From Dehalococcoidia bacterium (GTDB taxonomy: Bacteria; Chloroflexota; Dehalococcoidia; SZUA-161), in assembly GCA_011174795.1 (NCBI GenBank), contig DUEY01000001.1:47264-111263 (forward strand): a stretch of 64,000 bases of DNA, written 5' to 3'. The notes beneath the pieces are model-generated. The model had not been told where the DNA came from. It was given only the letters and a program-made list of their open reading frames with translations, and made no database searches. The position numbers and the translations under genes were made by a program. This document shows, in pieces, positions 48,285-58,711 of the stretch (positions within the stretch are counted from its first letter, which is position 1; each line of letters starts with the position of its first letter).

Positions 48285-49594
48285 CTGATGAAACCTTCAT
48301 ACTGGCGCATAAGAAGCTGCGCTTCGATCTGCCTCATAGTATCCAGAACGACACCGACGACGATTAGAAGCCCTGCAGCCGAGATAAGCATAAGGGTAGT
48401 GGCTTCGATTCCGCCGACCAGCCAACGCGATAATAGAGGCGCCACAGCCACCGCAGCAAGGAAGAACGCGCCTCCCCAAGTTACGCGGACAATCACCCTA
48501 TTTAAATAGTCAGCAGTAGGACGCCCGGGACGGATTCCCGGGATAAAGCCTCCCTGCCTTTGCAGGGTCTCAGCCAGGTTCTGCTGCTGGAAAATCACCA
48601 TAGTATAGAAGAAGGTGAACCCGACGACGAGGAAAAATAGGAGCACCCAGTAAAGATACCCCTCCACACCGAACAAATCCTGTATAAAGACAGAGCCCAC
48701 ATAGCCAGCTATCACCGACGGGAACATTAAAAACGCATAAGCAAAGATCAAAGGTATCATCCCCGCAGAGTTCACCCTCATCGGGATGTGGGTTCCTCCT
48801 GACTGCCGATACATCCTGCCCCCACGGAACAGGCTGCGTGAATACTGCACAGGGATTCGTCGTACTGCCTCGCTGACAAAGACTATAAACAGAGTTATAG
48901 CCACAAGGAGGATAACCAGCTTAATGAGGCCAAATGTGCCTGACGACACCAAAGCCCGGCCTATATTCCCCGGCAGGCCAGCCACGATACCGCCGAAGAT
49001 TATGATAGAGATACCATTGCCTATACCACTCTCGGTTATGCGTTCCCCGATCCAGACCAGGAAAACGGTGCCAGCGACCATTGAGAACAACACAGCCGCG
49101 GTAGGCAGCAGGGCATCTCCACTCAAACCAATTTTTATTGTCTCCTGAAAAACCCCTTCTCTCTGAAAAAGAATTAATTGTCCATATCCCTGGAGCATGG
49201 CCATCGGCACCATCAGCCAGTGTGTATACTGATTAATCTTCCTGCGCCCCTCCTCCCCTTCACGTGAAAGGGCATGGAGACGGGGAATTACAGGCACCAG
49301 AAGCTGCATAACGATTGAAGCTGTAATGTAGGGATAAACACCCATGGCAGCTACGCTCAGGTACCTCATCGCTCCACCACTGAACAGGTCCAGCATGCCC
49401 CAGAGCGGTTCAGTTTCGAACAGAGTTGCCAGCGCATCCTGGTCAACTCCGGGAACAGGAACATGCGCCACAAACCGGAATATGACCAGCATAGCGAAGG
49501 TGAAAAGCAGCTTACGCCTCAGGTCAGGTAGACGAAAGGCATCTATCATTGCCTGGAATAATTTTGGTTTTGAACCGCTCTGTGCTCGTTGCAT
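48281..49594 (-). CDS. secY: Preprotein translocase subunit SecY
   Basis: 437 aa polytopic membrane protein. LGMGVYPYITASI-like motif (AAMGVYPYITASIVMQLL). Canonical position after rplO. Confidence 0.96.
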   Translation of the reverse strand: MQRAQSGSKPKLFQAMIDAFRLPDLRRKLLFTFAMLVIFRFVAHVPVPGVDQDALATLFETEPLWGMLDLFSGGAMRYLSVAAMGVYPYITASIVMQLLVPVIPRLHALSREGEEGRRKINQYTHWLMVPMAMLQGYGQLILFQREGVFQETIKIGLSGDALLPTAAVLFSMVAGTVFLVWIGERITESGIGNGISIIIFGGIVAGLPGNIGRALVSSGTFGLIKLVILLVAITLFIVFVSEAVRRIPVQYSRSLFRGGRMYRQSGGTHIPMRVNSAGMIPLIFAYAFLMFPSVIAGYVGSVFIQDLFGVEGYLYWVLLFFLVVGFTFFYTMVIFQQQNLAETLQRQGGFIPGIRPGRPTADYLNRVIVRVTWGGAFFLAAVAVAPLLSRWLVGGIEATTLMLISAAGLLIVVGVVLDTMRQIEAQLLMRQYEGFIR

Positions 49595-49609
49595 CTCTAC
49601 CGCTGTCCC

Positions 49610-50056
49610 CTAAATCTCTTCCGCACGTCCCCCAGAGGCTTCTATCTTCTGTTTAGCTGTTTGGGAGAACTTATTGGCTTTTACCACCAGCGAACGTTGA
49701 AGCTCACCATCACCGAGAATCTTAATCGGTTTCTTGAGGGACGGCACCAGCCCAACATCAAGAAGCTTTTGCGGCGTTACCTCGGCACCTTCTTCGAAAA
49801 CCTCCAAACGCCTCAGGTTAACCAAGGTGTAATCGGTCTTGAAAATGTTGGTGAAGCCACGCTTGGAAGGCAAGCGCTTAACCAGAGGAGTCTGCCCACC
49901 CTCAAATCGCAGGGCGACGCCCCCCCCGGAGCGTGATTTTTGCCCTTTACACCCCCGACATGCATACGTCCCATGACCACTGCCGACGCCACGGCCGACC
50001 CGCTTCCTGCTCCTTTTCGATCCCGCTTTTGGACTGAGCTCATGCTGCTTCATCAA
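49610..50056 (-). CDS. rplO: 50S ribosomal protein L15
   Basis: 148 aa. [27 protein letters not shown]. Confidence 0.95.
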   Translation of the reverse strand: MMKQHELSPKAGSKRSRKRVGRGVGSGHGTYACRGCKGQKSRSGGGVALRFEGGQTPLVKRLPSKRGFTNIFKTDYTLVNLRRLEVFEEGAEVTPQKLLDVGLVPSLKKPIKILGDGELQRSLVVKANKFSQTAKQKIEASGGRAEEI

Positions 50057-50245
50057 TTACTCCTCAGCCACCTCGTCTACTTGTACCAAGTGCCTCACCT
50101 TGTCTATCATGCCACGGATAACTGGCGTGTCACCATGGACTATGGTCTGATTCAGCGAATGAAATCCCAGGGCCTTCAGGGTCATTCGCTGTCTCCTGTC
50201 GTAACCTATAGCGCTCTTTTTCCAGGTTATATGCAGCTTAATCAC
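50057..50245 (-). CDS. rpmD: 50S ribosomal protein L30
   Basis: GTG 50245 after GGTGGGGAG gives (M)[26 protein letters not shown].., a typical L30 N-terminus. The tracked TTG start at 50269 is the alternative. Confidence 0.9.
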   Translation of the reverse strand: MIKLHITWKKSAIGYDRRQRMTLKALGFHSLNQTIVHGDTPVIRGMIDKVRHLVQVDEVAEE

Positions 50246-50759
50246 TGGACTCCCCACCACCTGAGACAATAGACTTTCTCCTCGCTATTTCCTGCTTCGA
50301 ATCCCTCAGCTCACTCAGTGCACGCATGGTAGCTCTGACCACATTTATCGGGTTAGAGCTTCCCAGTGACTTCGCCACTATATCCTTGATACCCGCAGCC
50401 TCCACAGTGGCCCGTACCCCACCACCAGCGATAACGCCAGTACCCGGGGCCGCAGGCTTCAACATCACCGTCGCACCTCTGAACTTGCTTATTACCTTAT
50501 AAGGAATAGTGTCACCCGCCATCGGAACACGAATCATATTCCTCCTGGCAATTGCCCCGCCTTTGCGAATCGCTGCGGGCACTTCCCTTGCCTTCCCCAA
50601 GCCAGCACCTACATACCCCTCACCATCACCAACGACCACGAGCGCACTGAAACTAAATCTCCTCCCCCTCTTCACAACTTTCGCCACACGGTTGACATGA
50701 ACCAGCCTCTCCGTTAGCTCCACATCCTTAGCATATGCCTTATCCATCTGTTCCGTCAT
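50238..50759 (-). CDS. rpsE: 30S ribosomal protein S5
   Basis: 173 aa. [30 protein letters not shown]. Confidence 0.96.
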   Translation of the reverse strand: MTEQMDKAYAKDVELTERLVHVNRVAKVVKRGRRFSFSALVVVGDGEGYVGAGLGKAREVPAAIRKGGAIARRNMIRVPMAGDTIPYKVISKFRGATVMLKPAAPGTGVIAGGGVRATVEAAGIKDIVAKSLGSSNPINVVRATMRALSELRDSKQEIARRKSIVSGGGESSD

Positions 50760-50761
50760 GT

Positions 50762-51124
50762 CTAGAACCTCAATCCAGAGCCGCGGGCGGCATCGGCCAA
50801 AGCCTTTACTCTTCCGTGATATTTATATCCCCCACGATCAAAGACAACCTGCGCTACTCCCTTACTTTGGGCACGTACAGCAACTAGGTTACCAACCAAC
50901 TCCGCTTTCTGTAACTTGGTTTTACCCTCAATATCGGTCTTTATCCCGGCATCAAGGGTAGATGCTGTGGCAAGTGTACGCCCCGTACTATCATCTACTA
51001 CTTGAGCATAGATATGATTAAGACTGCGAAAGACGCATAAACGAGGGCGGTCAGGAATGCCCCTGACCTTCTTTCTCACCCTCTCATGTCTTCCCCTTCG
51101 CGCTTCCTGCTTGCTAATAGCCAC
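50762..51124 (-). CDS. rplR: 50S ribosomal protein L18
   Basis: 120 aa. [18 protein letters not shown]...[20 protein letters not shown]. Confidence 0.96.
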   Translation of the reverse strand: MAISKQEARRGRHERVRKKVRGIPDRPRLCVFRSLNHIYAQVVDDSTGRTLATASTLDAGIKTDIEGKTKLQKAELVGNLVAVRAQSKGVAQVVFDRGGYKYHGRVKALADAARGSGLRF

Positions 51125-51129
51125 GCCTT

Positions 51130-51681
51130 TTACTTCCTTCTGCCAAGCTTGCCCGCTTTTCCTGCTTTGCGTCGAATTCTCTCACCGGCATACCTTATTC
51201 CCTTCCCCAAATATGGGTCAGGAGAACGCACTCCCCGAATCTGAGCTGCAATTTCCCCTACCAGTTCTTTGTCTATTCCCAAGACACTGGCCTGATTCGG
51301 GGCATCGCTAGCAAGGGTTATCCCGGGCGGGGGCTTTATCTCTATAGGCTGTGTATAACCTACTTGAATCATAAGGCTGTCGCCAGACTTCTGCACACGG
51401 TAACCTACACCATGGAGTTCAAGGTCTTTCCGGAATCCCTGGCTCACCCCCTCAACCATATTGGCCAGTACGCTCCTCGTGAAACCATGAAGCGCCCGGT
51501 GTACCCGGCTGTCCGACGGTCTGGAAATAGAAAGAACCCCATCCTGCAAGGAAATGCCTATATCCTCAGAAAATGAGCGGCAAAGTTCACCTTTTGGCCC
51601 CTTTACCGTAACCTTACTACCCTCAATTACTACCTCTACACCAGAAGGTAAGGCGATCGGCTTATACCCTACTCTAGACAT
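51130..51681 (-). CDS. rplF: 50S ribosomal protein L6
   Basis: [17 protein letters not shown]...KGPKGEL, 183 aa. Confidence 0.96.
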   Translation of the reverse strand: MSRVGYKPIALPSGVEVVIEGSKVTVKGPKGELCRSFSEDIGISLQDGVLSISRPSDSRVHRALHGFTRSVLANMVEGVSQGFRKDLELHGVGYRVQKSGDSLMIQVGYTQPIEIKPPPGITLASDAPNQASVLGIDKELVGEIAAQIRGVRSPDPYLGKGIRYAGERIRRKAGKAGKLGRRK

Positions 51682-51699
51682 GTCTATACTTCTCCGGTC

Positions 51700-52101
51700 T
51701 TACCATACATAGCAAAGAATCTCGCCACCCAGGCCCTTTTTCCATGCTTGCTGCCCGGTCATAACACCCTGGGAAGTGGACAATATAGCTACGCCAAGTC
51801 CTCCGTAAACCCGTGGAATCTCCCCCTTACGACAATATACCCTCAGGCCGGGTTTGCTCACACGTTGCAACCCATTCAATGCCGATTGCTTTTTCCCATC
51901 GTAGGCAAGATGAATCTTTATTATCCGCTGAGGTGTATTACCCTTCAGCACCTCATAGTCCTTGATGAAACTCTCCTCTTTCAGTACCTTGGCAATCGAT
52001 ATTTTCGTCCTCGACGCCGGAACAAGTACAAACTCATGTCTGGCTATAATAGCATTACGAACACGGGTCAACATATCGGCTATAGGATCACTAAGGCTCA
52101 T
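51700..52101 (-). CDS. rpsH: 30S ribosomal protein S8
   Basis: [17 protein letters not shown]..., 133 aa. Confidence 0.96.
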   Translation of the reverse strand: MSLSDPIADMLTRVRNAIIARHEFVLVPASRTKISIAKVLKEESFIKDYEVLKGNTPQRIIKIHLAYDGKKQSALNGLQRVSKPGLRVYCRKGEIPRVYGGLGVAILSTSQGVMTGQQAWKKGLGGEILCYVW

Positions 52102-52119
52102 ATCAATCCCTCAGAAATA

Positions 52120-52305
52120 TCACCAGCTTGATTTCCTAACCCCAGGCAGTAGGCCCTCGAGAGCCATTTTCCTGAAGCAAATTCGGCATAACCCTGCCTG
52201 GCGGATATAGGCACGAGGACGTCCACACAGCATACAACGATTGCGCTGTCGTACCCGGTACTTCGGAGTACGCTTCGATTTAACGATCTTTGATACTTTT
52301 GCCAT
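52120..52305 (-). CDS. rpsZ: 30S ribosomal protein S14, type Z (Zn-binding)
   Basis: 61 aa. [22 protein letters not shown]. Confidence 0.95.
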   Translation of the reverse strand: MAKVSKIVKSKRTPKYRVRQRNRCMLCGRPRAYIRQAGLCRICFRKMALEGLLPGVRKSSW

Positions 52306-52319
52306 ATTGTGTTCTAACC

Positions 52320-52862
52320 CTACTGTTCACTGAAAGGCATGCCCATCAACTCAAGAAGTCGCCTCGACTCCTCATCCGTACGCGCTGTGGTTATGATAGA
52401 CGCCTGAAACCCACGAATCTTGTCCACCTTATCGTAGTCAATCTCTGGGAAGATAATCTGCTCCTTTATACCGAGAGTATAGTTGCCTCGCCCATCGAAG
52501 GCCCTCCTAGGAACTCCTTGAAAATCACGTACACGGGGCAGGGCAGCGTTTACCAGTCGGTCAAAGAACTCATACATGCGATCACCGCGCAGAGTAGCCG
52601 TCACCCCGATAGCCATGCCCTCCCTTAATTTGAAGGAGGCGATAGACTTTTTACCACGGGTGATTACCGGACGCTGCCCAGAAATGAGAGCCAGGTCATT
52701 GGTTGCCGCTTCCAACGCCCTTGGATTCTGAATAGCCTCCCCCAAACCTATATTAAGTACAATTTTATGTAAACGAGGCACTTGCATTGGGTTTTCATAT
52801 CCAAGCTCCTGCATCATAGCAGGCACAACCTCGTTCCGGTACATCTCCTTAAGCCTAGCCAC
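52320..52862 (-). CDS. rplE: 50S ribosomal protein L5
   Basis: GTG start. (M)[16 protein letters not shown]...NPMQVPRL, 180 aa. Confidence 0.96.
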   Translation of the reverse strand: MARLKEMYRNEVVPAMMQELGYENPMQVPRLHKIVLNIGLGEAIQNPRALEAATNDLALISGQRPVITRGKKSIASFKLREGMAIGVTATLRGDRMYEFFDRLVNAALPRVRDFQGVPRRAFDGRGNYTLGIKEQIIFPEIDYDKVDKIRGFQASIITTARTDEESRRLLELMGMPFSEQ

Positions 52863-53173
52863 TAATCAATCACCTCATGGCATTTCTTGCACACACGTAC
52901 CCTGCTCTTGTCCTCCAAGACACGGAATCCGACACGGGTGGGTTTACTACATTTCGTGCAAATAAGCATCACATTGGAGATATCTATCGGCGCTTCACGT
53001 TCAATGATCCCCGCTTGCCTGATGTTCGCACGGGGCTTCATATGTCGCTTAACCATGTTTACGCCTTCCACGAGAAGACGATTCTCTTTGGGAAAGGCAC
53101 GATGAACCTTACCCCTTTTTCCCTGGTCATCACCTGTTATCACCACTACTTCGTCATTTTTTCGAATGTTCAC
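52862..53173 (-). CDS. rplX: 50S ribosomal protein L24
   Basis: 103 aa. [22 protein letters not shown] motif; C-terminal CTKC...CKKC. Confidence 0.95.
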   Translation of the reverse strand: MNIRKNDEVVVITGDDQGKRGKVHRAFPKENRLLVEGVNMVKRHMKPRANIRQAGIIEREAPIDISNVMLICTKCSKPTRVGFRVLEDKSRVRVCKKCHEVID

Positions 53174-53541
53174 TAAAGCACCTCGGGCGCCAAGGAGATG
53201 ATTTTCATGAAATCCTTGTCCCTTAGTTCCCGGGCCACAGGCCCGAAGATACGACTGCCTTTGGGATTGCCCCTTTCATCCAGGACTACCGCAGCATTCT
53301 CATCAAATCTGATGTAGGAGCCATCCGGGCGCCCGTAGACCTTGGCGGTACGAACAACAACAGCCCGCACGACATCCCCCTTCTTCACAGCTGCACCCGG
53401 GATTGCTTCCTTCACCGAAGCCACAATAACATCGCCCACCCGAGCATACCTCCTCCTTGTACCACCCAGCACATTGATACACATTATCTTTTTAGCTCCT
53501 GAGTTATCTGCCACCTTAAGCCTTGTAAACGACTGAATCAT
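53173..53541 (-). CDS. rplN: 50S ribosomal protein L14
   Basis: [22 protein letters not shown]..., 122 aa. Confidence 0.97.
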   Translation of the reverse strand: MIQSFTRLKVADNSGAKKIMCINVLGGTRRRYARVGDVIVASVKEAIPGAAVKKGDVVRAVVVRTAKVYGRPDGSYIRFDENAAVVLDERGNPKGSRIFGPVARELRDKDFMKIISLAPEVL

Positions 53542-53544
53542 CGC

Positions 53545-53826
53545 CTACTCTATCTCCTCGGGTTTGACCTCGACAATTTCCGCCTTAGTCAGAATCTCAG
53601 CTACACGCCACCTCTTCTCCCTAGACAAAGGACGGCTCTCAACAATCCGAACTATGTCACCGACCCCACAGGCATTATCCTCATCATGGGCTTTAAATCT
53701 CGACCTATAGGTAGCAACTTTCCGATAGTGAGGATGCTGACGTCGCGTCTCCACCAACACCACCACAGTCTTATCCATCTTATTGCTCAACACTCGACCG
53801 AGTCGAGTTTTTTTTCTTTTTTCCAT
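53545..53826 (-). CDS. rpsQ: 30S ribosomal protein S17
   Basis: 93 aa. [17 protein letters not shown]...HPHYRK. Confidence 0.95.
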   Translation of the reverse strand: MEKRKKTRLGRVLSNKMDKTVVVLVETRRQHPHYRKVATYRSRFKAHDEDNACGVGDIVRIVESRPLSREKRWRVAEILTKAEIVEVKPEEIE

Positions 53827-53828
53827 AG

Positions 53829-54035
53829 TTATTTTCTACCGCGCTCCCGTTCGTGCATTATTGTCTTGATTCTAGCGATCTTTCTCCTCACCTTGCCGAG
53901 TTCACTATAATTCGCCAGTTGCCTAGTGGAATGCCGAAACCTGAGATTAAATAGCTCTTGGTACGCGTCATCAAGCTGCTTAGTAAGCTCCTTCGCTTTC
54001 AGCGCCCTTATCTTCTCTACTCTCATCATGATCAC
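53829..54035 (-). CDS. rpmC: 50S ribosomal protein L29
   Basis: 68 aa. [22 protein letters not shown]. Exact start among the N-terminal Met codons is uncertain. Confidence 0.93.
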   Translation of the reverse strand: MIMMRVEKIRALKAKELTKQLDDAYQELFNLRFRHSTRQLANYSELGKVRRKIARIKTIMHERERGRK

Positions 54036-54041
54036 CAGCTG

Positions 54042-54467
54042 TTAAGTTACCTCAGCTAATGCTTCTCTGCCAACAAACTTAGTCTTGATCGGAAGTTTAT
54101 GCGAAGCCAAGCGCATTGCCTCGCGGGCTACATCCTCCCTGACCCCGGATATCTCAAATAAAACCCTTCCTCGCTTGACTACCGCTACCCAATGGTCAAG
54201 CGAGCCTTTGCCGCTACCCATCCTAGTTTCAGCAGGCTTTGCGGTCACTGGCTTATCTGGGAAAACACGAATCCAGACCTTGCCTCCCCTTTTAACACTG
54301 TGCACAATAGCACGTCGGGCTGCCTCAATCTGGCGGCTTGTAATCCAGGCCGTCTCCTGAGCTTGAAGTCCGAACTCGCCGAAGGCTACAGTGTTACCCA
54401 CATGCGCTTTACCTCGACGATGACCCCGATGTGCTTTCCGATACTTCACTCGCTTTGGCTGTAGCAT
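54042..54467 (-). CDS. rplP: 50S ribosomal protein L16
   Basis: [15 protein letters not shown]..., 141 aa. Confidence 0.97.
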   Translation of the reverse strand: MLQPKRVKYRKAHRGHRRGKAHVGNTVAFGEFGLQAQETAWITSRQIEAARRAIVHSVKRGGKVWIRVFPDKPVTAKPAETRMGSGKGSLDHWVAVVKRGRVLFEISGVREDVAREAMRLASHKLPIKTKFVGREALAEVT

Positions 54468-54482
54468 CGTCCTATTCCTGCC

Positions 54483-55250
54483 TTATTCCTCACTTGCCTC
54501 ATTCATCTTCCCGGCCTCATCCTCCTCACCCGACTCAGTAGACTCACCTGATTCACTCGTCTCGCTAAGCTCACCCTGGCTAACCAATACCCCCTCACCT
54601 TCTATCTCCTCCCCCAATTTAGCCTCAGGAAGAATATCTCCCTTATATATCCACACTTTAACCCCGATAAGTCCCATCGTTGTGAGAGACTCAGCAAAAC
54701 CATAATCTATGTCAGCCCTTAGCGTATGCAGGGGAACGCTTCCTTCGCGTCCAACCTCATGGCGAGCGATTTCAGCGCCACCAAGTCTGCCCGAAACCTT
54801 TATTTTTATTCCCTTGGCTCCCCGCAGCATAGTCCTGGAAATGGACTGCTTAATGGCTCTGCGATAAGACACACGCCTCCTGAGTTGTTCAGCAATATTC
54901 TGGGCAACTAGTGAAGCCTCGAGTTCGGGCTCCCTTATCTCCTGAATATTGAGGCGCACTTTTTTACCTGTTTGCTTCTCTAGAAGGGCTCTCAACTCAT
55001 CCACCCTCTGCCCACCACGGCCAATAACAACGCCGGGCCTGGCGGTATATACTGTCACTGTCACCTCGTTGGCTTTGCGCTCAATTTCCACTTGAGAAAT
55101 GCCAGCTTCTTTATAATTCGAATGTATAATACGGCGAATCTCTATATCCTCGTGCACCAGTTCAGCATAATGCTTCTCATCATACCACCGGGCACGCCAG
55201 TCTTTGACTATGCCAATCCTGAAACCAAATGGATGAACCTTATGTCCCAA
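54483..55250 (-). CDS. rpsC: 30S ribosomal protein S3 with acidic C-terminal extension
   Basis: [13 protein letters not shown]..., KH domain. The last 45 aa or so are Glu/Ser-rich ([27 protein letters not shown]). Confidence 0.96.
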   Translation of the reverse strand: MGHKVHPFGFRIGIVKDWRARWYDEKHYAELVHEDIEIRRIIHSNYKEAGISQVEIERKANEVTVTVYTARPGVVIGRGGQRVDELRALLEKQTGKKVRLNIQEIREPELEASLVAQNIAEQLRRRVSYRRAIKQSISRTMLRGAKGIKIKVSGRLGGAEIARHEVGREGSVPLHTLRADIDYGFAESLTTMGLIGVKVWIYKGDILPEAKLGEEIEGEGVLVSQGELSETSESGESTESGEEDEAGKMNEASEE

Positions 55251-55616
55251 TCATTCCTCCTCGACAACAACAGTAATATGGCTATATCGCCTGCGGATAG
55301 GGTTTACCCGACCACGGGCACCAGCGCGGTATCTTTTCAGGACTTGTCCCTCATTAGCAAAGGCCCTAACTATCCTAAGTTGCGACGGTGTCATCTGATA
55401 GTTGTTCTCAGCATTGGCTACCGCCGATTTAACTACCTTAGCCACAGTCCGGGCTGTCGGTGTAGGTAGAAAGCTTAATATTGTCAAAGCTTCCTCCGCA
55501 TTCTTTCCCCGCACCGTGTCCAATACCAGCCTCACTTTGCGCGGTGATACCCTCATCTGCCTTGCTGTTGCAACAACTTCCACTGCCTTGAACCTCAACG
55601 AGAGACTATGTCTCAT
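55251..55616 (-). CDS. rplV: 50S ribosomal protein L22
   Basis: 121 aa. RQMRVSPRKVRLVLDTVRGK. Confidence 0.95.
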   Translation of the reverse strand: MRHSLSLRFKAVEVVATARQMRVSPRKVRLVLDTVRGKNAEEALTILSFLPTPTARTVAKVVKSAVANAENNYQMTPSQLRIVRAFANEGQVLKRYRAGARGRVNPIRRRYSHITVVVEEE

Positions 55617-55619
55617 CGC

Positions 55620-55913
55620 TTACTTGGATTTCTTTACCCGCGTCACCCTTTCTGATTTGGCAACGTGTCCTCTATAAGTCCTCGTAGGAGCAAATTCGCC
55701 CAGCTTATGGCCCACCATGTTCTCAGTGATAAAAATGGGGACATGCCTTCTCCCATCATGCACACCAACGGTTAGCCCAATCATCTGCGGGACGATGGTA
55801 GATGACCGTGACCAGGTCTTGATAACTGCCTTGACCTCAGTCCGGTTCAGCACCTCGACCTTTTTCATCAATTTGGGGTCAACGAACGGACCCTTTTTAG
55901 TTGACCTCGACAA
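55620..55913 (-). CDS. rpsS: 30S ribosomal protein S19
   Basis: [15 protein letters not shown]...[23 protein letters not shown]. Confidence 0.97.
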   Translation of the reverse strand: MSRSTKKGPFVDPKLMKKVEVLNRTEVKAVIKTWSRSSTIVPQMIGLTVGVHDGRRHVPIFITENMVGHKLGEFAPTRTYRGHVAKSERVTRVKKSK

Positions 55914-55934
55914 TCTCTTATCCCTCGCCGAATG

Positions 55935-56759
55935 CTATTTCCTTCTCCTTAGAATCAGCCTGTTGCTACGCTTATTGCGCCTCGTCCTGAAACCCATTGC
56001 CGGCTTGCCCCACGGCGTCTTAGGCCCCGGGTGCCCGATAGGTGACCTGCCCTCACCACCACCATGAGGATGATCACGCGGCGTCATCGCTGAACCACGC
56101 ACTGCAGGACGCCAGCCCATAAGCCTTCTTCGACCTGCCTTGCCTAGACTGATATTAACATGTTCAATGTTACCTACCTGCCCCACAGTGGCGAGGCACT
56201 CCCCATCGAATCGGCGAAGCTCACCTGAAGGCAATCTCACTAAAGTATATCGTGCTTCTTTGGCCATAACCTGAGCGGAGGTACCGGCGCTCCGCACCAT
56301 CTGTCCCCCCTTACCCCGGTTGAGCTCAATATTATGAACCGCAGTACCCAGCGGTATCAGCCTCAACGGCAACGCATTACCTGGCTTTACCTCCGCGCCT
56401 TCACCTGAAGAGACAGTATCACCCACCTTCAGCCCGATAGGGGCTAAGATATAGCGCTTCTCACCATCGACATAGTTGATCAGCGCGATATTAGCCGAGC
56501 GATTGGGCGCATATTCAATAGAAGCCACTTTGCCCGGAATGCCAAACTTATCCCGCCTGAAGTCGATAATCCTGAGTCTGCGTTTGGCCCCACCACCGCG
56601 ATGTCGCACCGTTATTTTCCCCTGATTGCTTCTCCCCGCCTTTTTCTTCAAGGGTAAGAGCAGCGATTTCTCCGGTTTCTTCTTCGTTATCTCAGAGAAA
56701 TCGGCGCCAACCATACCCCTCCGACCAGGGGAAGTAGGGCGATAAATTTTCAGTGCCAA
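55935..56759 (-). CDS. rplB: 50S ribosomal protein L2
   Basis: 274 aa. [15 protein letters not shown]...[11 protein letters not shown]. Confidence 0.97.
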   Translation of the reverse strand: MALKIYRPTSPGRRGMVGADFSEITKKKPEKSLLLPLKKKAGRSNQGKITVRHRGGGAKRRLRIIDFRRDKFGIPGKVASIEYAPNRSANIALINYVDGEKRYILAPIGLKVGDTVSSGEGAEVKPGNALPLRLIPLGTAVHNIELNRGKGGQMVRSAGTSAQVMAKEARYTLVRLPSGELRRFDGECLATVGQVGNIEHVNISLGKAGRRRLMGWRPAVRGSAMTPRDHPHGGGEGRSPIGHPGPKTPWGKPAMGFRTRRNKRSNRLILRRRK

Positions 56760-56798
56760 ATTCGTTCTCCTATATCCAAATCTTATTAAAGTCTACAG

Positions 56799-57083
56799 CT
56801 ATACACCTTCGAAAAGTTCAATCTTATTACCCGGCTCCAGTGTAACGACCGCCTTCCTCCATGGCGAGGACATCCCACGTCTTCTACCGGCACGGCGCAT
56901 CTTCCCGGGCACGTTTATCACATTTACTGAAGACACCTTTACCTTGAATGCCTTCTCCACCGCCTGCTTGATCTGAGGCTTATTGGCATCTCGCGCTACC
57001 TCAAAGGTATACTTGTTCTGCTCTAAAAGCATCGTGTTCTTTTCAGTAACAAGCGGTCGAATAAGCACCTCGTAGCTATGCAT
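56799..57083 (-). CDS. rplW: 50S ribosomal protein L23
   Basis: 94 aa. LIRPLVTEKNT...TFEVARDANKPQIKQAVE. Confidence 0.95.
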   Translation of the reverse strand: MHSYEVLIRPLVTEKNTMLLEQNKYTFEVARDANKPQIKQAVEKAFKVKVSSVNVINVPGKMRRAGRRRGMSSPWRKAVVTLEPGNKIELFEGV

Positions 57084-57091
57084 CTTTCCCC

Positions 57092-57763
57092 CTACGAAAC
57101 CTGAGCCTCAGCAACAACCTGCTTACTACCCCATAGTGCTTCGACCCGGTGCACAGCATCTACAGTCATTAGTAAAATCCTGTATGACAGCATATCGACA
57201 ACGTTCAACATACTGGCAGGCAGCGTCTTCACCCCACTGATATTTCGAGCTGACTTTATTACGTTCAAATCAGGCTCATCGGTTACCAGGAGAACCGAAG
57301 ATTCAATCCCCAATATATTCAAAGCATTAACCAACTTTTTGGTCACAGGCTGCTTCAGCCCGAAAGAATCAATTATCGAAAGCTCGCCATCTGCCACCTT
57401 GGCAGAAAGGACACACCTCAATGCCAGTCTTCTCATCTTTCTTGGCATCGCCTGCCTGTAGCTTCGGGGTTGAGGCCCGAACGCTACTCCACCACCACGC
57501 CGTATGGGTGATCTCCTGCTACCAGCCCGTGCAAACCCTGTATGTTTCTGACGATACAGCTTGCGTGTACTTCCTGATACCTCGCTACGCCCCTTAGTAT
57601 CGGCAGTCCCTGCTCGAGCATTTGCGAGCTGCCTCACCAGCGCCTGATGAACCACCGCCTCGTTCGGCGGCACGCCGAAGACAGTCTCATCGAGTTCGAT
57701 CTCGTCAACTACCTTGCCCTTTATATTACGTACCGGAACCTTCAAAGCAGCCCCCATCTTCAA
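57092..57763 (-). CDS. rplD: 50S ribosomal protein L4
   Basis: 223 aa. [27 protein letters not shown]. Confidence 0.95.
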   Translation of the reverse strand: MKMGAALKVPVRNIKGKVVDEIELDETVFGVPPNEAVVHQALVRQLANARAGTADTKGRSEVSGSTRKLYRQKHTGFARAGSRRSPIRRGGGVAFGPQPRSYRQAMPRKMRRLALRCVLSAKVADGELSIIDSFGLKQPVTKKLVNALNILGIESSVLLVTDEPDLNVIKSARNISGVKTLPASMLNVVDMLSYRILLMTVDAVHRVEALWGSKQVVAEAQVS

Positions 57764-58383
57764 TCGCCCGCCTCTGATTTTCTTACCTCAACAAGACTGT
57801 TCTTGGCTCCAGGAACCGCACCTCTAACCAAGAGCAGGTTCCGATCTGGATCAGCTTTAACTACCTTGAGACGTTTCACCGTTACCCTTTGGTCTCCCAT
57901 ATGCCCCGCCATCTTCTGACCCTTGAGCACCCGCCCCGGATCAGTGCCAGCCCCGATAGAGCCGGGAGCCCGATGGCGATCAGATTGCCCGTGGGTTTTC
58001 GGTCCCCCAGCAAAGTGATGGCGCTTGACTGTGCCGGCAAAGCCCCTCCCCTTTGATATACCGCTAACATCCACTAAATCACCTGGTTGAAACAGGCTAA
58101 CATCCACCCGATATCCCAATTCAACATCCGCAGTATCTTTGACTCTGAACTCCCTCAGGTGCTTGAACGAACCGAGTTTACCCAGATGCCCCTGCTCAGG
58201 AGCACTGATATACTTCGCCTCGCCAAAGCCGATCTGCACTGCGTTATAGCCCTCCTTGTCAGCCGTCTTGACTTGGGTCACTGTACAGGGACCAGCCTCA
58301 ATAGCGGTCACCGCTTCCATAGTACCGTCTTCAGTAAAGACCTGGGTCATCCCTATCTTTCGACCAATGAGCCCGCTAATCAT
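57760..58383 (-). CDS. rplC: 50S ribosomal protein L3
   Basis: 207 aa. [13 protein letters not shown]...[11 protein letters not shown]. Confidence 0.96.
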   Translation of the reverse strand: MISGLIGRKIGMTQVFTEDGTMEAVTAIEAGPCTVTQVKTADKEGYNAVQIGFGEAKYISAPEQGHLGKLGSFKHLREFRVKDTADVELGYRVDVSLFQPGDLVDVSGISKGRGFAGTVKRHHFAGGPKTHGQSDRHRAPGSIGAGTDPGRVLKGQKMAGHMGDQRVTVKRLKVVKADPDRNLLLVRGAVPGAKNSLVEVRKSEAGD

Positions 58384-58402
58384 CGCCTAACATCCTGTAT
58401 CA

Positions 58403-58711
58403 CTATAGCTTTATCTCGATGTCCACCCCTGCCGGGAGGTTCAAAGTTGTCAGTGCATCAATAGTCTTGGTAGTAGGGTCCACAATATCAATTAACCTCT
58501 TGTGAGTTCTTATTTCGAACTGTTCACGGGAATCTTTATCTACGTGCGGAGAGCGTATAACACAGAATTTCTTGATATGAGTAGGCAAAGGCACAGGTCC
58601 AACCACAGCCGCTCCCGTGCGCTCCGCCGCCTCTACAATCTGTACTGCGGATTGATCTAAAATCCGGTGATCGAATGCTTTGAGCTTGATACGAATCTTC
58701 TGTTTCGGCAT
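58403..58711 (-). CDS. rpsJ: 30S ribosomal protein S10
   Basis: [21 protein letters not shown]..., 102 aa. The ATG immediately follows the fusA TAG. Confidence 0.97.
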   Translation of the reverse strand: MPKQKIRIKLKAFDHRILDQSAVQIVEAAERTGAAVVGPVPLPTHIKKFCVIRSPHVDKDSREQFEIRTHKRLIDIVDPTTKTIDALTTLNLPAGVDIEIKL

